DNA of 64,000 bases, taken from the IMG/VR virus record IMGVR_UViG_3300035703_000042, positions 1-64,000 of that record, one strand, 5' to 3'. The position numbers and the translations under genes were made by a program. The notes beneath the pieces are model-generated. The model was not told the origin of the DNA. It saw only the letters and a list, made by a program, of their open reading frames with translations, and ran no database searches. Source of the DNA: a virus. Shown here piece by piece: positions 57,781 through 64,000 of this stretch; within the stretch, counting starts at the first letter, position 1, and every line of letters starts with the position of its first letter.

Positions 57781-58706
57781 AGATACACAGCTACAACGAA
57801 TGGAGCCAACTGCGAGAGATCGTGGTAGGTTCAGCTTCGGGCGCTAATTGGCCCTCCAGCGACCCAGTGTTTGCTCTCGAGAGCGAAAAGACCACCTGGA
57901 AAGAAACACCGGTACCTGCGGGCGCTGTGCCCCAGTGGATCATCGATGAAAGCAACGAAGACCTTGAAGATCTCTGCGGTATACTGCGCACCGCCGGGGT
58001 CACTGTGCATCGTCCTCGCGCCAACGATTTCGTAGCCACCGAAGGCATGTACAACTACTGCCCCAGAGATCGATTGTTGATTGCCGGAGATCGCATCATC
58101 AATCCGGCCATGATGTATCCGTGCCGGGATCAGGAAATCGATTATCTAGACTTTGTTACCGAAGGCAACACGGTGGTGTCCATGCCCCGAGGTCACGGCA
58201 TGATCTTGGATGCAGCCAATGTGGCTCGATTGGGCGACACTTGGCTGTTTTTAGAAAGTTCTTCAGGAAACCAGGCCGCTGCCGAATGGCTGGGCCAACA
58301 GCTTGACAATGTCAATGACAATGTCAAAGTCGAGGTATGCAACTTTTATGCCGGTGTACATATCGACAGCACTGTGGTTCCTTTGCGCGAAGGAGTGGTC
58401 ATGCTCAATGCTGCTCGTGTATCGCCAGAAACTGTGCCCAAGTGCCTAAAAAACTGGCACAAGATCTGGATCGAGGACTGTGTGCCTATTTCTTTCCACG
58501 AGTATCCTTATGCCAGCAAATGGATTGGCATGAATACCTTGAGCATAGATAGCCGCACTGTGATCGTGGATCGCAATCAACCTGAAATAATTAAAACATT
58601 AGAGGCGTATAGATTTACTGTGATACCTGCACAGCTCAGGCACAGTCGTACTCTTGGTGGTGGGTTCCACTGCGTGACCTTGGACACGTGGAGACAAGAT
58701 GATTGA
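57777..58706 (+). CDS. amidinotransferase (glycine/inosamine-phosphate amidinotransferase family)
   Basis: NEW..L.E, CPRD, DAAN, HIDST, GGFHC. Confidence 0.88.
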   Translation: MKIHSYNEWSQLREIVVGSASGANWPSSDPVFALESEKTTWKETPVPAGAVPQWIIDESNEDLEDLCGILRTAGVTVHRPRANDFVATEGMYNYCPRDRLLIAGDRIINPAMMYPCRDQEIDYLDFVTEGNTVVSMPRGHGMILDAANVARLGDTWLFLESSSGNQAAAEWLGQQLDNVNDNVKVEVCNFYAGVHIDSTVVPLREGVVMLNAARVSPETVPKCLKNWHKIWIEDCVPISFHEYPYASKWIGMNTLSIDSRTVIVDRNQPEIIKTLEAYRFTVIPAQLRHSRTLGGGFHCVTLDTWRQDD

Positions 58707-59769
58707 GATACAGTCGCTAGCAACCAGTCTCGAGCAACAGATACGCGATGCTGTAGATCGCAACATGCAGACCTATGTGGAAAAAGAAATTCAGCGTTTG
58801 GTGTTGGATCCTGCCTGGATGGAAAAAATGCAGGCCGTCGTGAACCAGTCTTTTATCCGCCGCTTCCATGAAAAACTCAGTGTGGTCGATGTCGGTGATC
58901 TGATCAGACAGGAACTGGACTCGTCCATTGACCGCTTCCGCGCCCGACTCACTGCTGAATTCAAAACCACAGGCATGGTCGATGCGGCCAGCGACACACA
59001 ACTGGTGATCGAAGATGCAGTGACTACCATAAACAACAGCCTGGCCGTGAAAGATTTGGCCGTGGCCATTGACGGATCTGTGGGCGGTACACTCACAGTC
59101 AACAATCTCTGTGTACGTGGTTCTGTAAACACTGACAATCGATCATGGCGCGAGATCGAAGAGTCGGCCGCCGATCGCGCCATTGCGCGTATCACTGAAC
59201 AATGGCGTTCGCAGATCGTGGCAGACGTGGTCGGTATCATACAATCGGGCAGCGACTTTGAATTCCGACAAATCAACGTCAATGGACATCCGGTGTTTAC
59301 CGAATCGGGCCTGTCCGGCCACATACGAGAAAGCAGCCTGGAAAAACTGGGCACCTTGCGTGATCTCACTGTGAGCGGGCATGTGGAGCTCAATGATACC
59401 ATGACCGTGAATCGACGCAGAGTGGGTATCAACACACGCGACCCAGAAATGGCTCTGTCGGTCTGGGACGAAGAAGTCAGCCTGGTGGCTGGAAAGATCA
59501 GCCAGAACACTGCGTTCATGGGCACCAATCGTCGCAGTGCCTTGCACCTAGGGGTGAATCGTACTGCACAGATCGAGATCGACGAAGAAGGCATCACCAC
59601 CGTCAAGCAACTGAAAGTGGGGAGGTTCAGGATCGGGCATGAGGATCAAGTACCGGGCTATCAAGGCACACGCGGCGACATAGTATTCAACAGCGATCCT
59701 AAACCCAACACTGCTTTTGCTTGGATCTGCTTGGGCGGATTCAAATGGCAAGCAGTGAAAGGTCTGTGA
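58699..59769 (+). CDS. hypothetical, possibly virion fiber-like
   Basis: SSL..LGTL..L.V.G, VGINT, GDIVFN..P..W.C..G.W tail motif. Confidence 0.55.
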   Translation: MIEIQSLATSLEQQIRDAVDRNMQTYVEKEIQRLVLDPAWMEKMQAVVNQSFIRRFHEKLSVVDVGDLIRQELDSSIDRFRARLTAEFKTTGMVDAASDTQLVIEDAVTTINNSLAVKDLAVAIDGSVGGTLTVNNLCVRGSVNTDNRSWREIEESAADRAIARITEQWRSQIVADVVGIIQSGSDFEFRQINVNGHPVFTESGLSGHIRESSLEKLGTLRDLTVSGHVELNDTMTVNRRRVGINTRDPEMALSVWDEEVSLVAGKISQNTAFMGTNRRSALHLGVNRTAQIEIDEEGITTVKQLKVGRFRIGHEDQVPGYQGTRGDIVFNSDPKPNTAFAWICLGGFKWQAVKGL

Positions 59770-60323
59770 TGCGTATAAATTGGATATTCGCTGACGGCTA
59801 TCATCTTGACCCTGGGCGCGATCCAGATCAAATCAAAAGCATCGGACCGGCCTGGGGCAGTTGGCGCACTTGGCGTAGTTGCGGCACCGACAATGTGATT
59901 TGTCATGATTTTGGAAAAGCTCGAGAGCTGGTGTCTCGAGCTTTTCATGCTGTCTGCAATTTTTATGTACCTAACAAGCACTTTGCTGATCTTGGTAGAC
60001 CCATTGGTGCTCGTTTATACGAAGGAGAATTCAAGCATGATCTCGATCATCTCGAGGACATCGTGGCCATGCATCTTGTATCTACAACATCAGACATAGT
60101 GCTTTTGGTTGGCTTTGATTTGAAACCGATTCCTGTTGATTTGGATCAACACGGTTTGATCAAAATTAAAAATTACTACGGATTGGTTCGGAGTATCATC
60201 GCAGCCGATCCGGCAGTGCAATGGGTTTTAGTTGATCATTCAAACAGTATCGATCCTGTGTTTGGAGATCTTCCCAATCTCACTTGCGATGAATTTGACA
60301 ATGTGCTAAAGTTGCTAATCTGA
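59769..60323 (+). CDS. hypothetical protein
   Basis: TGATG coupling; LLVGFD motif. Confidence 0.65.
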   Translation: MRINWIFADGYHLDPGRDPDQIKSIGPAWGSWRTWRSCGTDNVICHDFGKARELVSRAFHAVCNFYVPNKHFADLGRPIGARLYEGEFKHDLDHLEDIVAMHLVSTTSDIVLLVGFDLKPIPVDLDQHGLIKIKNYYGLVRSIIAADPAVQWVLVDHSNSIDPVFGDLPNLTCDEFDNVLKLLI

Positions 60324-60345
60324 CAACTACAGATTGGTGACCGTT

Positions 60346-61422
60346 ATGTCTGTTCCGCGTGTGGGTTTCTGTTGCAAATGGCTCACTGACCCCGCAGAGT
60401 GCGGCGGTATGAAAGTAAATGCTGCCAATCGTGAACTCAATGGACGTAGCACCACCATGCGCTGGTTGCGCGAGCATCGCGACCAAGCCGAGCAGCGACA
60501 GTGGGACATCATGAATCACAACGCCGCTGCCGCACTGCGCATGGTCGAGACCGTGGGTGCCTTGCCCGAGACTTTGAGGATGGTTCGCTTAGGATCAGAA
60601 ATGCTGCAAGGATATACCGAAGGAGACTGGCAAGCGTGGTGGCAACGCCGAGAAATCCAAGACCATTGCGAACGGATTTTTGCCCCCATTGGTGAAGCTG
60701 CACGACGCTTGGGTGTAAGGCTCAGCTTCCATCCTGGTCAGTTCTGTGTGCTGGCATCCGAGAGCGACGACATCGTAAATAGAAGCATAGAGGAGTTTGA
60801 ATATCATGCAGATATGGCCAGGTGGATGGGGTATGGACGCGAGTTCCAGGACTTTAAAATCAACGTCCACATATCGGGTAGAAAAGGTCCAGCCGGTATC
60901 AAAAGCGTCCTTGGGCGTCTCTCACCAGAGGCGCGAAATTGTATCACCATCGAAAACGACGAAATGTCCTGGGGACTCGACGCCAGCCTCGAACTGGTCG
61001 ACGATCTCGCTCTGGTGCTAGACATCCACCATCACTTCGTTAAAACCGGTGAGTATATTCGATCCTCGGATGACCGAATTAAACGTGTTCGAGACAGTTG
61101 GCGTGGACGTCGACCGGTTATACACTATAGTCAGAGTCGAGAAGATGTGCTAGTAGGGCACGATCCTGACGTATTGCCAGACATGGAGTTGTTGCTAAGC
61201 CAAGGACATAAAAAGGCCCGTCTCCGTGCTCATTCAGACTTTATGTGGAATCAGGCCTGTAATCGATGGGCCATGGAACACTGGGAATGGGCCGACATAC
61301 AAGTGGAGGCTAAGGGTAAAAATCTAGCACGGGACCAACTATTTCAATTCTGGAAAAATCTCAAAGAACCCATGACTACGATTCTTGAGACGAAAACAGA
61401 TTCCTCGTCCGATATTCAGTAG
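60346..61422 (+). CDS. uvsE: UV DNA damage endonuclease (UvsE/UvdE)
   Basis: RLSFHPGQF, H..G, IENDE, DIHHH, HYS, AHSD, EAK.K. Confidence 0.92.
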   Translation: MSVPRVGFCCKWLTDPAECGGMKVNAANRELNGRSTTMRWLREHRDQAEQRQWDIMNHNAAAALRMVETVGALPETLRMVRLGSEMLQGYTEGDWQAWWQRREIQDHCERIFAPIGEAARRLGVRLSFHPGQFCVLASESDDIVNRSIEEFEYHADMARWMGYGREFQDFKINVHISGRKGPAGIKSVLGRLSPEARNCITIENDEMSWGLDASLELVDDLALVLDIHHHFVKTGEYIRSSDDRIKRVRDSWRGRRPVIHYSQSREDVLVGHDPDVLPDMELLLSQGHKKARLRAHSDFMWNQACNRWAMEHWEWADIQVEAKGKNLARDQLFQFWKNLKEPMTTILETKTDSSSDIQ

Positions 61423-61974
61423 ATTACTAACATCAGTGACTGATTGGCCTTGGTTCATTAGATCTATGGCCTGTTTGAACTTGTTATAGTTTTTGGTATT
61501 TTTCCCGCGTAAGACAGCTAGCCGCCTTTCTTGAGTGCAAGGAATTTTTTGACCGTACATTGGATTTTTAGAACCTATTTTTGATTCTGACAGTTTTTTG
61601 CGCCATTGATCTGTTCTTGGAATTCCTCGAAGCTTGGCACTTCGTTTATTGAGAGTTAAGGTGTTTGGTTTCCATCCGATCTTAGACGGCGGTCTAGAAT
61701 CTGCAACTATATTAGAGAGATGGATCAGCCCAATATTTTCAATTAGTAACTTTTCATACTCGTAGGCTTCAACCTCTGTAGCAAAATGTTTTATGATTTC
61801 AACTATTACCTCTAGCCCATCTTGATGTATTTTATTGATGATTCGATCTTTGTGAGGATTTTGATTACCATCTTTGAAGCAACTGTGTGTAAATGCTCTA
61901 TTTCCCGATCCCTTGCCAATATAAAAAGGTGTATTTGATCTTGGATCTATTAATTGATAGACATAGTATTTCAT
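61339..61974 (-). mobile_element. GIY-YIG homing endonuclease with NUMOD3-like region
   Basis: YVY..FYIGKG..R, E..LI, N; KLSESK.G.KNPMYG; AT-rich. Confidence 0.82.
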
Positions 61975-62005
61975 AGCATTTTTATTTATCACAACGGTAT
62001 TAGAT

Positions 62006-62326
62006 ATGCACCATCTTCAAAAATTTCATGACATGATTGACAGTGTATTCCGACCAACCCTAGAATGGATCCGCAATGACTACCGCGTTTACCCTTTTCG
62101 TTTCTGTGTCGAAGTGGTGGCTTGGGCTCTCAGCATTGGTTGTAGCCTCGTCATGGCTATTACAGTACCTGAGCCCCCTTTACTCGCTCTATATCCTGCT
62201 TGGATACTCGGTTGCGGCCTTTATGCTTGGGCTGCTTGGGACCGCGGCAGTTTTGGCATGCTTGCCAATTATCTGCTGCTGGTCGCTATTGACACCACAG
62301 GACTGATTAGGTTGTTGATTTCTTAG
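62006..62326 (+). CDS. small multi-pass membrane protein
   Basis: Three hydrophobic segments; start could be 62033. Confidence 0.65.
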   Translation: MHHLQKFHDMIDSVFRPTLEWIRNDYRVYPFRFCVEVVAWALSIGCSLVMAITVPEPPLLALYPAWILGCGLYAWAAWDRGSFGMLANYLLLVAIDTTGLIRLLIS

Positions 62327-62618
62327 CGGTAGAGCGTTTCACTGCAGCCTTGGCTTTGGTCGCTGCTTTTTTTGCACCGGCTTTTGCTTTTTCAACAACT
62401 ACCTTGGCATCTTCGGCATCGACTTTGCCATCTTTGTTGACGTCAGCAGCTTCTTTGACCACTGCAGTCGTATTGTCCAACGCGGCCTTGACGTCGTTGA
62501 GGTCTACTTTGCCGTCAGCATTGACGTCGGCGGATTTAACGCCTTTTTTGTGATTGGATGCCAGTACTACAGCGAGTGCAGCCACTAGTACGATGGCGAT
62601 GATCAGTTCGATACTCAT
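62307..62618 (-). CDS. membrane-anchored protein with EF-hand/dockerin-like repeats and K/A-rich tail
   Basis: TM N-terminus; DVNADGKVD and DVNKDGKVD; AAGGAG SD; late motif. Confidence 0.75.
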   Translation of the reverse strand: MSIELIIAIVLVAALAVVLASNHKKGVKSADVNADGKVDLNDVKAALDNTTAVVKEAADVNKDGKVDAEDAKVVVEKAKAGAKKAATKAKAAVKRSTAKKSTT

Positions 62619-62683
62619 TGGTATTCTCCTTTGGAACTTTATTTAGCCTTGGGACATTAACTACGCCTATAAGTACCATGTAA

Positions 62684-63811
62684 ATGTCAGGACTTGAAAT
62701 GAGGATTTTGCCCGATAACTTTTGCAGATTGCCCTGGAACGGACTCGATGTTGGTCCACAAGGTGGATTCAAACCTTGCTGCAAATATCGCGAAGATATC
62801 GCGCAGGACCTCGACGGTTATCTCCACAGTGAAAAACTAGATCTCCTGCGGCAGGAATTCCTGTCCGGTCAGCACCCTGCTGGATGTCAACGCTGTTGGG
62901 ACGACGAAGCTGCGGGTATTCCCAGCAAACGCCAATTAGACAATGCCTATACTTTTGGCGGACAAGAAGTGGTGTTGGATGGTGTACGCACACTGAGCCT
63001 TCCGTTTGGAAACACCTGTAATCTGGCCTGTGTTACCTGCGGAAGCCACAGCAGCAGTCGTTGGGTCACCGACGAACGGAAACTGCCCAATCGATTTGGA
63101 CGCCAGATCTTTGGTCACAGCCAATTTTATCGAGATCCCGGGTTCCTGGATCGCATCGCTGGCCTCTGTGACGATGTCATACACATCGACATACCCGGCG
63201 GCGAACCCTTTTTCTCGGATCGAGATCTACATCTGGGCTTCTTGCAACAGTTGAAGAATCCACACAATATCAAACTGCACTACACCACCAATGGCACCGT
63301 GTATCCTGATCCCGAGTTCTGGGCAGTCTGGAGTCGTTTCCGTGCCACGGATATACAGGTCAGCATAGATGGAGTGGGTGATCGTTTCGAATATATCAGG
63401 CATCCGGCCCAATGGCACGAAGTTGAGAAAAATCTTTTCCGATATCGAGATCAGGGCACTACACAGATATCCATCAGCCACACAGTGAGTTGGCTCAATG
63501 TCATGTACCTCGACGAGTTCGTTGGATGGTGCCAAACAAACTCCTTGCCTGAGCCCTATCTTGGTCCGGTAAGCCGTCCGGCCTATCTTGACGCTAGATG
63601 CTTGCCGTCAGCAGCCAAATCACGGATAGCCCATCATCTCCGATCGAGTTCGCATGCCATGGTGCGGCAGTTTGCCGACTATCTCCTCCAAGACCTCGAT
63701 CGGGACCTCTGGACACAGGCACAGGACTGGGTGGCGGAACTGGATCGATTACGCGATCGGGACTGGCGCCAGACTTTTCCCGAACTCGAGCAGGTCATCC
63801 AAAATCCATAA
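62684..63811 (+). CDS. radical SAM protein (twitch-like N-terminus)
   Basis: FCRLPW, PCC, CQRC, CNLACVTC, GGEP, TNG, SIDG. Confidence 0.88.
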   Translation: MSGLEMRILPDNFCRLPWNGLDVGPQGGFKPCCKYREDIAQDLDGYLHSEKLDLLRQEFLSGQHPAGCQRCWDDEAAGIPSKRQLDNAYTFGGQEVVLDGVRTLSLPFGNTCNLACVTCGSHSSSRWVTDERKLPNRFGRQIFGHSQFYRDPGFLDRIAGLCDDVIHIDIPGGEPFFSDRDLHLGFLQQLKNPHNIKLHYTTNGTVYPDPEFWAVWSRFRATDIQVSIDGVGDRFEYIRHPAQWHEVEKNLFRYRDQGTTQISISHTVSWLNVMYLDEFVGWCQTNSLPEPYLGPVSRPAYLDARCLPSAAKSRIAHHLRSSSHAMVRQFADYLLQDLDRDLWTQAQDWVAELDRLRDRDWRQTFPELEQVIQNP

Positions 63812-63869
63812 AAACGGGTTAGAATTTTGTTGCGCTGCCACATAATTATCATATATACTATAGCAGAGT

Positions 63870-63927
63870 TAGATGCCGCATGGGGCGGGTCTATACCAAG
63901 CTACTCGCTAAACCAAGGAGAAACACC
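63870..63927 (+). promoter_or_regulatory. second ROSE-like leader
   Basis: TCGCT (63905-09) opposite AGGAG (63916-20); upstream bulged-G hairpin. Confidence 0.55.
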
Positions 63928-64000
63928 ATGATTGACTATACCAAAATCGACTTCAGCAAGTTTGACGCTACCAAGATGTTCAACCCTGACCAAATGATTG
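63928..64000 (+). CDS. 3'-truncated ORF (MIDYTKIDFSKFDATKMFNPDQMI...), possibly phasin-like
   Basis: Strong AAGGAG SD, open to window end; function is a guess. Confidence 0.55.
   Translation, partial: MIDYTKIDFSKFDATKMFNPDQMI

Noticed and set aside
1-64000. tRNA, rRNA, CRISPR arrays, integrase or transposase; bacterial chromosome origin
   Set aside because: None recognised by eye. Host-like genes are interleaved with uvsX/Y/W, PAAR, tailspike and T4-type late promoters, indicating a phage genome.

Overview
A 64 kb segment of a large T4-like (myovirus) dsDNA bacteriophage genome. The host is probably a proteobacterium, inferred from E. coli-like IscU/IscA, class Ia NrdAB, ClpX/ClpS and IbpA. 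Replication and recombination genes: uvsX/recA, uvsY, uvsW, primase, DnaB-type helicase, a gp62-like protein, a miniature DnaE-like polymerase, ATP-dependent ligase, a PD-(D/E)xK exonuclease and a UV endonuclease. Other content: nrdA-nrdB-glutaredoxin; virion genes (tailspike, PAAR, probable internal head proteins); a ~10 kb glycosyl/methyltransferase block; four radical SAM proteins; host-derived genes (iscU, iscA, clpX, clpS, hsp20, rpsU, ugd, amidinotransferase); two free-standing homing endonucleases. Top finding: iscU is broken right after its conserved Cys37-Gly38 by a 7-nt insert, GGA-TGA-C-GGA. The insert has matched Gly codons flanking a stop that sits in a GNRA-capped hairpin, directly downstream of an HNH endonuclease gene. 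This resembles a miniature of the T4 mobA/gene 60 ribosomal-bypass cassette. Also seen: two ROSE-like RNA thermometers, signs of widespread leaderless transcription, two candidate structured ncRNAs, and a probably packaged nucleotidyltransferase-ligase fusion. No tRNA, rRNA or CRISPR array was found. All product calls come from motif recognition by eye, not database searches.
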